A stretch of DNA of 63,938 bases, counting the filler, from Octopus bimaculoides (Eukaryota): the NCBI RefSeq assembly GCF_001194135.2. It is 8 parts of 7 records of this genome, joined end to end, with 100 filler letters (N's around TTAATTAATTAA, not from the genome) between each part and the next. Parts side by side here need not be neighbours in the genome. Positions count along the whole stretch, not along the records: positions 32,931 to 46,755 come from NC_068983.1; positions 46,856 to 49,187 come from NC_068991.1; 6 more parts are not named here. The stretch is one strand, 5' to 3'. How positions within the stretch are numbered: position 1 is the stretch's first letter; every line of letters starts with the position of its first letter. Positions 36,176 through 48,632 of the stretch are shown piece after piece. A model generated the notes under the pieces. That model did no database searches. It saw only the letters and a program-made list of their open reading frames with translations, and had not been told where the DNA came from. The translations under genes were made by a program, and so were the position numbers.

Positions 36176-37708
36176 TGATCAAGCATATTACTCTACCCAT
36201 GGTATTCGAGTTCTATTTTTCTCCATCTTGTTTTGCATATATTTGCTTACTCGTGTGTGTATGTTTGTATATNNNNNNNNNNNNNNNNNNNNNNNNNNNN
36301 NNNNNNNNNNNNNNNNNNNNNNNNNNNNNNNNNNNNNNNNNNNNNNNNNNNNNNNNNNNNNNNNNNNNNNNNNNNNNNNNNNNNNNNNNNNNNNNNNNNN
36401 NNNNNNNNNNNNNNNNNNNNNNNNNNNNNNNNNNNNNNNNNNNNNNNNNNNNNNNNNNNNNNNNNNNNNNNNNNNNNNNNNNNNNNNNNNNNNNNNNNNN
36501 NNNNNNNNNNNNNNNNNNNNNNNNNNNNNNNNNNNNNNNNNNNNNNNNNNNNNNNNNNNNNNNNNNNNNNNNNNNNNNNNNNNNNNNNNNNNNNNNNNNN
36601 NNNNNNNNNNNNNNNNNNNNNNNNNNNNNNNNNNNNNNNNNNNNNNNNNNNNNNNNNNNNNNNNNNNNNNNNNNNNNNNNNNNNNNNNNNNNNNNNNNNN
36701 NNNNNNNNNNNNNNNNNNNNNNNNNNNNNNNNNNNNNNNNNNNNNNNNNNNNNNNNNNNNNNNNNNNNNNNNNNNNNNNNNNNNNNNNNNNNNNNNNNNN
36801 NNNNNNNNNNNNNNNNNNNNNNNNNNNNNNNNNNNNNNNNNNNNNNNNNNATATATATATATATATACACACACACACAGGGAGGAGGGGGCATACACGC
36901 ACACACATAAATATAATATACATATGTATTTATGTGTGTATGTCTACCCAATTCATTGACAAGACATTTGTCGGTCCCGGACTATAGAAGATACTTGCGT
37001 AGAGTGCCGTCCATTGAAATTGAACACAAACGCAAATATTTTCAAAGCGGGCTTCTTTAATCACAAAACTAGATCTGCGTCTATATATCGAACATCCGGG
37101 CATAATACATATATATACGTAAGAAACACATTATATACATATTTACATAACGTATATTTGTAGTAGATTTACACGCCCACACACGGCCACACGCTCATAC
37201 GCACTCACATACAGACACGTGTGTATAACCATGAACACTCGACTACTCCCACCTCTTACGTGCGCGCCCACATATATCTTTCAATTGGGACATCTCAGCA
37301 AAATTTCTCATTCAGTCACCGCAAATCGATGACCTATAACTAATAGCATTGATAAAGAACATTGACTGACGATAATAAGTAATGGGATGTTGCTACTGTC
37401 GTTGTTGTTGTTGTTGTTGTTTCTTCTATAGAAAACTGCACAGCTTTCTCCATTATGTATGTCTTCTTACGAAATTGTCCATACGATACATGAATACCAA
37501 CTGTACTGAAAGAACATAGACGTGTATATGAAAGATGAACTGGAAACAATAAACTACGTCGTTACTGGGCGAAACTAAAAGATGTTTTAATCTGTTCTTG
37601 TTAAGTTTTTTTATACTTACACGAACAACAGTTTATTAAATTTTCTGTCTCTAATTGCCTGTCGCTTTTCTACTCTTCTTCACTGTCTCTGTCTGTCGTT
37701 TTGTTTAT

Positions 37709-37762
<54 letters not shown>

Positions 37763-37770
37763 CTATCTAT

Positions 37771-37812
<42 letters not shown>

Positions 37813-37904
37813 GTCTGTCTGTCTGTCTGTCATTCTATCTGTCTGTCTGTCTGTCTGTTTAACTATCTGTCTGCCTGTCTGTTAACCTACTTGTCTGTCT
37901 ATCA

Positions 37905-37946
<42 letters not shown>

Positions 37947-38105
37947 GTCTCTGTCTGTCTCTGTCTGTCTATGCCTGTCTCTGTCTATCTATCTGCCAGT
38001 CTGCCTGTCTGCCTGACCGACCGTCAGTCTACCTACCTACCTACCTACCTACCTAACTAACTACCTATCTATCCATCTATCCATCTATCTGTCTGTCTGT
38101 CTATA

Positions 38106-38476
38106 TTCCATAATTGGTGCGATATTGTAATGTTTTGTAGCAAACATCTGATAAATTGCAACCACAGTGACAGGGCCATGCAACCAACAAGCGCTGAAAT
38201 ATGGCTGACAGTGGTTCCTGGAGCAGCTTCTAAATATAAAACTGTGCTAACTGGTTTCATGTGAATGTTATTGATTTCACCAAGATTAACTATTTTTTGC
38301 TTGGATCGCAAAGGGTCCCAGGATCTGTATTCAACGTTTTGTCTCTTAGTTTTGTATCGCCATATACACTATCTCCAGCAACTATGTTTTTGGTAACCAA
38401 AACATCTTCTTTACCACCACCAGTAAGAATACTTTCATGTCTGCGAGGTTAAAGCATGTTATCCACATCCGAAGAC
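38106..38476 (-). pseudogene. FBL: Fibrillarin (FBL/Nop1) pseudogene fragment, probably a retrocopy
   Basis: [34 protein letters not shown], then a frameshift to VEYRSWDPLRSK...NIHMKPVSTVLYLEAAPGTTVSHISALVG. Cf. human [29 protein letters not shown] / IEYRAWNPFRSK...[28 protein letters not shown]. Contains a stop and frameshifts, no introns. Confidence 0.88.
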
Positions 38477-38730
38477 TGCCAAATAGATTAGTAGAGAACA
38501 CAAAAGAAGGGGGTGCTGGGCTTAATCATTCGACTAGTTTAACACCATCATCTGGACCTGTTGGTACTTTTTGCAGGGTCCACTCTGTTACAAGTAATCT
38601 AGGCCTAGTCTCTAGTTTCAGGATATCTCCCTCTTCCCAACCAGTTCCGGAGGATCGTAAGCACTGCCTTCCCTCTTGTTTAAATAATGTAAAAAGAAAA
38701 AAAAAAACGAAATGTCTTTACTCTTTAAAT

Positions 38731-39133
38731 CTTTTACTTGTTTCAGTCATTTGACTGTGGCCATGCTGGAGCACCGCCTTTAGTCGAGCCCTTCGACCCC
38801 AGCACCTATTCTTTGGAAGCCTAGTACTTATTCTATCGGTCTCTTTTGCCGAACCACTAAGTTACGGGGACGTTAACACACCACCATCGGTTGTCAAGCG
38901 ATGTTGGGGGACAAACACAGCCACACAAACACACACACACACACAAACACACACACATATACATATATACGACGGGCTTCTTTCAGTTTCCGTCTACCAA
39001 ATCCACTCACAAGGCTTTGGTCGGCCCGAGGCTATAGTAGAAGACACTTGCCCAAGGTGCCACGCAGTGGGACTGAACCCAGAACCATGTGGTTCGTAAG
39101 CAAGCTACTTACCACACAACCGCTCCTACGCCT
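38731..39133 (-). mobile_element. Full-length tRNA-derived SINE, family A
   Basis: Near-identical in reverse to 45419-45828. Confidence 0.9.
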
Positions 39134-39702
39134 GTGGAATATTCAGCTAAATGTGCATGGTCAATATCGACGAAGAGCTGACCACGGTTTCTAGGAAGTC
39201 GACTGACCACGTCGAACCGTCTTCTTTGCTTTGTTAGGAATATTCCAAGAAGATATATTTTAAGTCGAGTAAAGATATATCTCAAAATTATTACCATAAT
39301 CAATAGTTTATGTTCGATTATACATGTCATATCACAAAATTTTCATGTCATATCACAACTGTGAAGAAATGAAAAATTGAAAATAAAACAATATTGCTGC
39401 GTGGTTAAGGCGCTCGCTTTGTAACCGCGTGATTTTGAGTTCGGTCCCACTGCGCGGCACGCCTTAAACAACTGCCCGCGACTATCAGCCCAGGCCGACT
39501 AATGCCTCGAAAGTGAATTTGGTATAAAGAAACTCTATGGAAGCCCGTCATATATGGATGTGTGGTAAGAATTTTGCTTCCTAACCACAAGTTCAGTCCC
39601 GCTGCGTGTCACATTGGCCAAGTGTCTTCTACTATAGCTGCAGGCAGACCAAAGCCTTGCTTGTGAGTGAATTTAGTAGACGGAAACTAAAGAAAGCTTG
39701 TC

Positions 39703-39740
<38 letters not shown>

Positions 39741-39906
39741 ACNNNNNNNNNNNNNNNNNNNNNNNNNNNNNNNNNNNNNNNNNNNNNNNNNNNNNNNNNN
39801 NNNNNNNNNNCCCCCAAAAAAAAACGAAGAACAAACACAAAAACACAATGCGCGGACTTAGTACATGTAAAGTATTAGCAGACGCCCAGGGAAGGAAAGA
39901 AACGTA

Positions 39907-39942
39907 GTTTAACATTTCGAAACAAAGCTCTTCTTCAGAAAC
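39907..39942 (-). ncRNA. Degenerate hammerhead-like motif with canonical CUGAAGA core
   Basis: gttt-CTGAAGA-A-GAGC(ttt)GTTTC-GAA-ATGT-T-aaac. Helix III ACGT appears CpG-decayed to ATGT. Confidence 0.4.
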
Positions 39943-40014
39943 AGACGAAAGTCCAATAGAAAATGAAGACGGAAGAAAAAATCGCCGACGCTTTACATAT
40001 GGTTACATTTTAAA

Positions 40015-40051
<37 letters not shown>

Positions 40052-41073
40052 CAAAAAAGTTCGTATTCTATGTTTTCGTATTTCGTATTTGATGCTGTTT
40101 ACGTTCTTGTGTAAATATAACAGGTGAAACCATTAGTACGTAGGTTAGTCTTCGTATATTTTCATTTATCTTGCTCCTTTACAGTCTGGTGTCTGGCTGA
40201 AATTTTTTTCTTGAGAACATATTCTTCGTGGTTAGGTGATTCGGCATCTATTTCTAGCATATAAGAGTCCACTTTGCTGGTCATTCCTCTTAATTTTGTG
40301 TGTATAGTATATATATGCTAATCCCTGTATATTTATGATGATACATACATACATATANNNNNNNNNNNNNNNNNNNNNNNNNNNNNNNNNNNNNNNNNNN
40401 NNNNNNNNNNNNNNNNNNNNNNNNNNNNNNNNNNNNNNNNNNNNNNNNNNNNNNNNNNNNNNNNNNNNNNNNNNNNNNNNNNNNNNNNNNNNNNNNNNNN
40501 NNNNNNNNNNNNNNNNNNNNNNNNNNNNNNNNNNNNNNNNNNNNNNNNNNNNNNNNNNNNNNNNNNNNNNNNNNNNNNNNNNNNNNNNNNNNNNNNNNNN
40601 NNNNNNNNNNNNNNNNNNNNNNNNNNNNNNNNNNNNNNNNNNNNNNNNNNNNNNNNNNNNNNNNNNNNNNNNNNNNNNNNNNNNNNNNNNNNNNNNNNNN
40701 NNNNNNNNNNNNNNNNNNNNNNNNNNNNNNNNNNNNNNNNNNNNNNNNNNNNNNNNNNNNNNNNNNNNNNNNNNNNNNNNNNNNNNNNNNNNNNNNNNNN
40801 NNNNNNNNNNNNNNNNNNNNNNNNNNNNNNNNNNNNNNNNNNNNNNNNNNNNNNNNNNNNNNNNNNNNNNNNNNNNNNNNNNNNNNNNNNNNNNNNNNNN
40901 NNNNNNNNNNNNNNNNNNNNNNNNNNNNNNNNNNNNNNNNNNNNNNNNNNNNNNNNNNNNNNNNNNNNNNNNNNNNNNNNNNNNNNNNNNNNNNNNNNNN
41001 NNNNNNNNNNNNNNNNNNNNNNNNNNNNNNNNNNNNNNNNNNNNNNNNNNNNNNNNNNNNNNNNNNNNNNNNN

Positions 41074-41115
<42 letters not shown>

Positions 41116-42349
41116 GTATTTGCGTTTTTGTGGTATTAGTATGGTATTAGTTTGTTTACGTCCTCATATCTTGGCTGTTCGGCAAAAGAGATCGATAGAA
41201 TAAGTGTCAAACTTAAAATAAGTACTTTGTTTTCCCCAAACCTCTTAAAATGATGCCCCAGCATGGTCGTAGTCTAATGATTGAAGCAAGTAAAAACGTA
41301 AAAGTAAGCAATAAACATCGTCTAATAACTAAGCAAGGCGGCGAGTTGACAGAATCGCTAGTACACCGGACGAAATGGTTGTCCGGCTTTACGTTCTGAG
41401 TTCAAATTCCTACGAGATCGACTTTGCCTTTCATCCTTTCGAGGTCGATTAATTAAGTACCAGTTGCTTACTTGGGCCGATCTATGATCTAAACGACTGC
41501 CTCCCCATCAAAAAAGAAGAAAAAAAAATTCGGGCCTTGTGCCTAGATTAGAAAATATTATATAAGGTGGCGAGCTGGCAGAACCATTAGCACACCGGAC
41601 TGAATGGTTAGCGACATTTCGACCGCCTTTACGTTCTCAGTTCAAATTCCGCCTAGGTCAACTTTGTTTTGCATGCTTTCGGGGATCCATAAAATGAATA
41701 CCAGTTAAACGCTGGGATCGATGCAGACGACTTACCGCCAACCCAACTCCCAAATTGCTGGTCTTGTGCCAAAATTAAAAACCAATATATCATTTTACTA
41801 AATCCGTCTAAACAGTCTGTTCTCAAGATGTCCGCGCAAAACTCATTATATTCAGTTCTGGAAAAACTGCGCACGCCGAATTACTTATGTGAACCTATTG
41901 TCAACTTTTAATGACAGCGTTAATTTCTCTTAAAAATTCTTTTCACATCGAAATTTATTTAAATAAAAAAAAAAGTTCCCAGCAGCAAGAGTAGTTATTC
42001 AATTGCTTAATTCATAGAATAATTTTAATTAAAATTATCAGACAAAATAAATGACTAAAAATCGTACGTGTAGGATTTCACTGATATTAATGAGACGTCG
42101 AATATTTTTCCTGGTGGCGATTCGTGTTTTTCGATTTGGAGTTTTAAAAGCCGTCGTTTGCTATTGTTTTTTGTCATTGTTGTCTAAGATTTCTTTGTAT
42201 TAAATATTAAACAGACAGTGATTTAAGTATTTGATTCTTCATTGCAGAAATAATGACCAGGAAGAACGTTTAACAATACTATAGCAGACATAGTTTGATT
42301 TGAAAAATCTTAATTTTCGTTTTGAAAAAAATTTGAAACATATACACGC

Positions 42350-42394
<45 letters not shown>

Positions 42395-42705
42395 TATGTC
42401 TGTGTGTGTATGTATATATCATGATTTCTTTTATAATATATGATATATCATGTGTGTATATATATATATATATATATCATGATTTCTTTTATAATATAAA
42501 TAATCCTTTCTACTGTAGGCACAAGGCCTGAAATTTTGGGGGAGGGGACTAGTCGATTACATTGACTCCAGTGTTTCACTGGTACTTATTTTATCGACTC
42601 CGAAAGGATGAAAAGCAAAGTCGACTTCGGTGGAATTTAAATTCAGGACATGAAGGCAGACGTAAATCCGCTAAGAACTCTGCCCAGCTCCCCGCCTGAA
42701 TAATA

Positions 42706-43381
42706 ATAACTGAACTCTATCCTTCCACAAGCTCAAAAAGGTTGTGAAAGAAATTCTTATGGATGCAAAGATCAATTACTCATAAATAGAATGATCGTAG
42801 AGAATTGCTGGAGCAACAAGAAGAGCTTAAGTATGGCATGGGTAGTCTATAGGAAAGCGTTTGATAGTGTCCCACATAATTGGCTACTCAAGGCTCTTGA
42901 GATGTATAAGATCTCTCTTGTCCTCTCTAAATTCTTACAAGGTAGCATGGCCAAGTGGAATACACGTCTCTTTCTACACCATAGCAATGGGATGAGCCAA
43001 TCTAACAACATCAAGGAAGTTGCTAACTAGACATGGGTCACTCCACCCAAAAAGTGACACAGACAGACTTTATGTACCAAGAAAAAGAGGGGGAAGAGGG
43101 CTTTATTGGATGCGAACACAGCATTAGAGCAGAATAAATCAACATAGCATGGTATGTAAAAAATGCCACAGAACCGCTATTATTAGCAGTAGGAAAGTCA
43201 GGCGTGTGTAGGATGAAAGATTGCAAAGATAAAGCACTCTACAAGAAATTGAAAATGAATGAAACTGAAAATAGGTGGGTAAAGAAAATAATGAATGGTC
43301 AATTTCATAGGGATGTTGAAAATAAGACAGACAGAGAAAAAAGATGCTCTCTCACTCAATAATAATAAAAATAATAATAAT
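42706..43381 (+). mobile_element. Internally deleted R4/Dong LINE (RT fragments fused to 3' terminus)
   Basis: SLSMAWVVYRKAFDSVPHNWL, then CEHSIRAE..IAWYVKNATEPLLLAV...WVKKIMNGQFHRDVENKTDREKR, directly followed by ctctcactcaataataat. Confidence 0.8.
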
Positions 43382-43585
43382 ACCCGATACAAATGCTGAT
43401 TGGTTGGCTGTTTGGTTGGTTGGTTTTTTTGGTTGGTATGACTGATTTTCTAATCACGCTTTACATCGTTCAGAGAGAGGGGAGAGAGTAAAAGGAACAT
43501 ATACTAAGAGAGTTGACGTAAGAGGTGCAGTATAAGTGCATATATGACAGGTGGCAGGCAATGAATAAAGGAACTCTCTCTCTCT

Positions 43586-43630
<45 letters not shown>

Positions 43631-44284
43631 TATATATACTCACATGCATACGCACGCACACACACACAAACGCATACATTCACACTCATATGCACACATA
43701 CAGAGCGAGTAAAAGAATCATAAACACAGAGTAGATGAAGGATGAGGAGAGAGAGAGAGAGAGTAAATGAGAGAGTAGGTATGGTAGGAGTTATACAATT
43801 GACAAATTTGTTTTATTTCATTTTACTTTAAGGTGATTTTTATTTATGTGTTTCAGCCAAGTGGCTGCGGTCATGCTGGTGCACCACCGTGATAAATAAT
43901 TTTCTTTTGAAAATTACTATTCCTTTCATCATTTTGTATGAGCACCAAGAAATTTGAAGAAGTTCAATTATAATTATTGTGTGATAGTCACAATTCTTGA
44001 TAATGGCAATGGTAGCAAAACTTAGCTCCCAAATTTACTCGTCGTATGACAGGTAATATTCTTCTCATGCTGCCACTTGATTTGATCGCTAAATAACCAT
44101 CTTATCCTTAGTTATATAGAAATTTTTATATATATTCACTTCGTCATTATATTCACTGAGATGTCATTTTGATAATATAGCACATAGTGTCTGAATGGAC
44201 AACTGAACTAGTCGCTGTATATATGTGTATAGTAATCTGTGGTCTGTAGCTAAAATCGTTGAATGATCTATCTTGCAAGAAGTG

Positions 44285-44510
44285 TTATAGAGTAATCTCC
44301 CTTTAATAAGTTTCTCGAAAATTCTATATCATGAGAAGTAATTCTTAATTATTCAAGAAGCTTCGCGTTTCTCTAGGAAGTTTCTAGAATGTCTAGCGTT
44401 CCATTAATAAAAACAGCTTGCTTGCCTTGCTCTCTGCTTCTTAGTCGACTAGACTCTAAGCCATTCACGTCGTTGCTATGCCTGTCTATTTCTCTATGCC
44501 ACATGACTGA
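44285..44510 (+). mobile_element. Possible solo LTR
   Basis: TG start, repeated ctaga/tctag motifs, AATAAA. No PBS or PPT seen. Confidence 0.2.
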
Positions 44511-45039
44511 AAATCACCACTTAGCTCTTATTTCTACTTTTCTGAACTTTCTTGCATAGATTACTTCATTCAACTAGATTCTACATTTTGATTATGTTTC
44601 ATCGACAACCAATGAATAAAAAATATTTTTATGTAGTAAACATATAGTTCTTAAATTTATTCTTCTTCTCGGTAAGAATTCTTCTGATAATATACACGCA
44701 TCCATTTCAATACTTGATACTGAACATATATTCCAACTACACGTGCATATATATGTATATACATGTGCGTATACGTGAGTATACGTATGTTTATGCGTAT
44801 ATTTATGTAATTATGTACAATTAATGGTATATTTCATGGACAAAGGTAAAGTATGGTTTTATACACAGCCAGAAACCCAGGGACAGAATTTATCCAGTTT
44901 TTCTGGTTTTATTTGTCTGTTTGTCTTTTCACTTTGTATTGTATTGAATACTTGACGTGGTTTTAGAGTCAGGTTTTAATTGCTATTTCAAGCATGGTGG
45001 TATCTCTTAGACACCCTTGTTCATAATTGTGTGTGTGTG

Positions 45040-45090
<51 letters not shown>

Positions 45091-45418
45091 GTTTGTATGT
45101 GTGTGTGTGTGTGTGTGAGTGTAAAAAGAATTAGATTCGTCCGTTAATTTGGAGTTTTCCAAAACAGATTTCTAAAATTGATTCTTCATATTTTGCTGGT
45201 AGTTTACAGGCGTAAATTTGCGGATATGAAAATAATATTTGTATATGATGTGTTGTGAATTTATAGAAAGAAATCCCACAAGACTCAACAATATTGTTAA
45301 AAATGGAGAAGAGATGAAAAAATCCTCACATATTATAATATCTTCTCTTCTCCATTTTTAACAAAACTGTTGAGTCTTATTGGATTTCTTTCCATAAATC
45401 CACAACAATATATATATA

Positions 45419-45828
45419 GGCGCAGGAGTGGCTGTGTGGTAAGTAGCTTGCTAACGAACCACATGGTTCCGGGTTCAGTCCCACTGCGTGGCACCTTGGG
45501 CAAGTGTCTTCTACTATAGCCTCGGGCCGACCAAAGCCTTGTGAGTGGATTTGGTAGACGGAAACTGAAAGAAGCCCGTTGTATATATGTATATATGTGT
45601 ATATACTCAGCGTGTATATGTCTGTGTGTCTGTGTTTGTCCCCCCAATATCGCTTGACAACCGATGCTGGTGTGTTTACGTCCCCGTAACTTAGCGGTTC
45701 GGCAAAAGAGACCGATAGAATAAGTACTAGGCTTACAAAAAATAAGTCCTGGGGTCGATTTGCTCGACTAAATGCGGTGCTCCAGCATGGCCACAGTCAA
45801 ATGACTAAAACAGGTAAAAGAGTAAAGA
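45419..45828 (+). mobile_element. Full-length tRNA-derived SINE, family A (most abundant repeat in the window)
   Basis: A-box tggctgtgtggtaag, B-box-like ggttcagtccc, CORE-like gtggcaccttgggcaagtgtctt, internal (TA)/(TG) tract, tail aaagag. More than 20 full or partial copies, e.g. 5155, 9143, 12990, 14385, 15550, 19205, 21290, 22570, 24130, 25600, 33958, 39397, 45980, 46920, 47560, 48594, 63330, 63596. Confidence 0.9.
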
Positions 45829-46292
45829 GTATATATGTATATATGTGTATATACTCAGCGTGTATATGTCTGTGTGNNNNNNNNNNNNNNNNNNNNNNNN
45901 NNNNNNNNNNNNNNNNNNNNNNNNNNNNNNNNNNNNNNNNNNNNNNNTATATATATATATATATATGTGTATATATGTACGGCGGGATTCTTTCAGTTTC
46001 CGTCTGCCAGTCCACTCACAAGTGTTTGATCAATCTGGGGCTGTAGTCAAAGGCATTTGGCCAAGGTGCTGTGCAGTAGGACTGAACCCAAGACCTCATG
46101 GTTGAGAAACCAGCTTCTTAACCACACAGCCACACCTGCGCCTATTAAGTACGTTCTTTTTTAATATTCATTTTTATTCAACATCTGATACAATGGCGCC
46201 TCTAATAGTTTCTTATCTCACTAATCTATTTGGTTCCTGCAAACTAATCGGTTCACTGCGTTTGTCTTCTATTCTAACATTCTTTGTTGCAG

Positions 46293-46301
46293 CTGCCTTA
46301 A
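46293..46301 (+). other. Candidate 9-nt microexon CTGCCTTAA
   Basis: Branch point ttctaac, pyrimidine tract and ttgcag acceptor upstream; gtatgt donor downstream. Confidence 0.25.
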
Positions 46302-46716
46302 GTATGTATTACCTGTTCATTCTTACATTTTTTCTGCTTTATTTTTTCACATCAGTTGGATCAATACACTCCCTTACTCTCTCTTACTCTCTCTTACTCC
46401 TCCCTCTCTCTCTCTCTCACCCGCTCTCTTTCTCTTTCTCTCTCTCTAAGGTATCGATAGATTTTTTCCAATAGATAATTATCTATCTAACACACCCAAC
46501 GCCTCTTTTTTTCTCATTTCCGTATTACTGGTCCTCGGCTACATAATGCTCCTGAAGTCGATAATTGTTGCGAATGATTGCTCATGTATGTATGTATGTA
46601 TGTATGTATGTATGTATGTATGTATGTATGAATATATATTATGTACATAATAATATAACAATAATATAACAATAATATAACAATATCATATATATGTTTA
46701 TATATCTATCTATCTA

Positions 46717-46755
<39 letters not shown>

Positions 46756-46855
46756 NNNNNNNNNNNNNNNNNNNNNNNNNNNNNNNNNNNNNNNNNNNNT
46801 TAATTAATTAANNNNNNNNNNNNNNNNNNNNNNNNNNNNNNNNNNNNNNNNNNNN

Positions 46856-46923
<68 letters not shown>

Positions 46924-47457
46924 ATGTGTATGTTTGTGTTTGTTACCTCACCACCGCATGACAACCAGTGTCGGTTTGTTAACGTTCACGTAACTTAGCG
47001 GCCCGGCAAAGGAGACGGATATAGAATAAATACCTGACTTAAAAAATGAATGGCCTCAGGATGGCTGCAGTCCAATGACTGAAACAACTAAAAGATCAGG
47101 GTAGTAATAATAACATCAATAATAGTAATAGTTTTAGTAGCATTGATATATTAATAGTTGTATTAGTAACTTTGGTTTCAAATTTGGTCATAAGACCATT
47201 AATTTCGGGGGAGGGGCTAGTCGATTACATCAGCTCCAAGTGCTCAGTGAGTACTTATTTCATCGAAATGATGAAATGCAAAGTCGACCCCTGCGGCATT
47301 TGAACTCAGGACGTAAGGTCGGAAGAAATGCCACCAAACAATTTTTTGCCAGAGCGGTGACGATTCTGCCAGTTCGCTTCCTTGATACAGAAATTAATAT
47401 TTAAAACCGTTTAGCATGCCGGGCGAAATGTTTATATACAGTAATCGGTGTGCATTC

Positions 47458-47496
47458 AAAGCAATGATTAGTAACATTACGAAACCGGTATGCTTT
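47458..47496 (+). ncRNA. Minimal type-I hammerhead-like motif with A3-U8 core variant
   Basis: AAAGCA-ATGATTA-GTAA(CA)TTAC-GAA-ACCGGT-A-TGCTTT. Helix I 6 bp perfect, helix II paired with G10.1-C11.1, palindromic helix III, GUA cleavage triplet. Confidence 0.7.
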
Positions 47497-47740
47497 TGAA
47501 TCTCTTTAACAATTCACAACACTGACTTTTATTACTTCTATTCCGACCTCAGTTCATCTGCTGGAGCACCGCCTTAAAGGGTTTTTAGTCGAAGCAGACG
47601 ACCCCAAAACTTATTCTTTGTAAGCCTAGTACTTATGTTATCAGTCTCTTTTACTGAACCGCTAAGCTACGTGAACGTAAACACACCAACATCAGTGGTC
47701 AAGCAATGGTGGGGGACAAACACACACACAAAGACACACA

Positions 47741-47780
<40 letters not shown>

Positions 47781-48593
47781 AACACACATACATATACGAT
47801 GGGCTGTCTACCAAATCCCCTCACAAGACTTTGGTCGACCCCAGGCTATTGTAGAAGACACTTGCCCANNNNNNNNNNNNNNNNNNNNNNNNNNNNNNNN
47901 NNNNNNNNNNNNNNNNNNNNNNNNNNNNNNNNNNNNNNNNNNNNNNNNNNNNNNNNNNNNNNNNNNNNNNNNNNNNNNNNNNNNNNNNNNNNNNNNNNNN
48001 NNNNNNNNNNNNNNNNNNNNNNNNNNNNNNNNNNNNNNNNNNNNNNNNNNNNNNNNNNNNNNNNNNNNNNNNNNNNNNNNNNNNNNNNNNNNNNNNNNNN
48101 NNNNNNNNNNNNNNNNNNNNNNNNNNNNNNNNNNNNNNNNNNNNNNNNNNNNNNNNNNNNNNNNNNNNNNNNNNNNNNNNNNNNNNNNNNNNNNNNNNNN
48201 NNNNNNNNNNNNNNNNNNNNNNNNNNNNNNNNNNNNNNNNNNNNNNNNNNNNNNNNNNNNNNNNNNNNNNNNNNNNNNNNNNNNNNNNNNNNNNNNNNNN
48301 NNNNNNNNNNNNNNNNNNNNNNNNNNNNNNNNNNNNNNNNNNNNNNNNNNNNNNNNNNNNNNNNNNNNNNNNNNNNNNNNNNNNNNNNNNNNNNNNNNNN
48401 NNNNNNNNNNNNNNNNNNNNNNNNNNNNNNNNNNNNNNNNNNNNNNNNNNNNNNNNNNNNNNNNNNNNNNNNNNNNNNNNNNNNNNNNNNNNNNNNNNNN
48501 NNNNNNNNNNNNNNNNNNNNNNNNNNNNNNNNNNNNNNNNNNNNNNNNNNNNNNNNNNNNNNNNNNNNNNNNNNNNNNNNNNNNNNNNNNNNN

Positions 48594-48632
<39 letters not shown>

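Noticed and set aside
38137-38252. Plus-strand exon-like open frame KHLINCNHSDRAMQ...
   Set aside because: It is the antisense of the fibrillarin pseudogene and the donor is weak.
7841-38476. An RNA-processing cluster (POP5, tRNA-His, fibrillarin)
   Set aside because: The fibrillarin copy is a dead fragment two linkers away, so there is no evidence of functional clustering.
45829-45876. Repeat of the SINE internal tract just after the SINE end
   Set aside because: Exact duplicate next to a gap, likely read misplacement.
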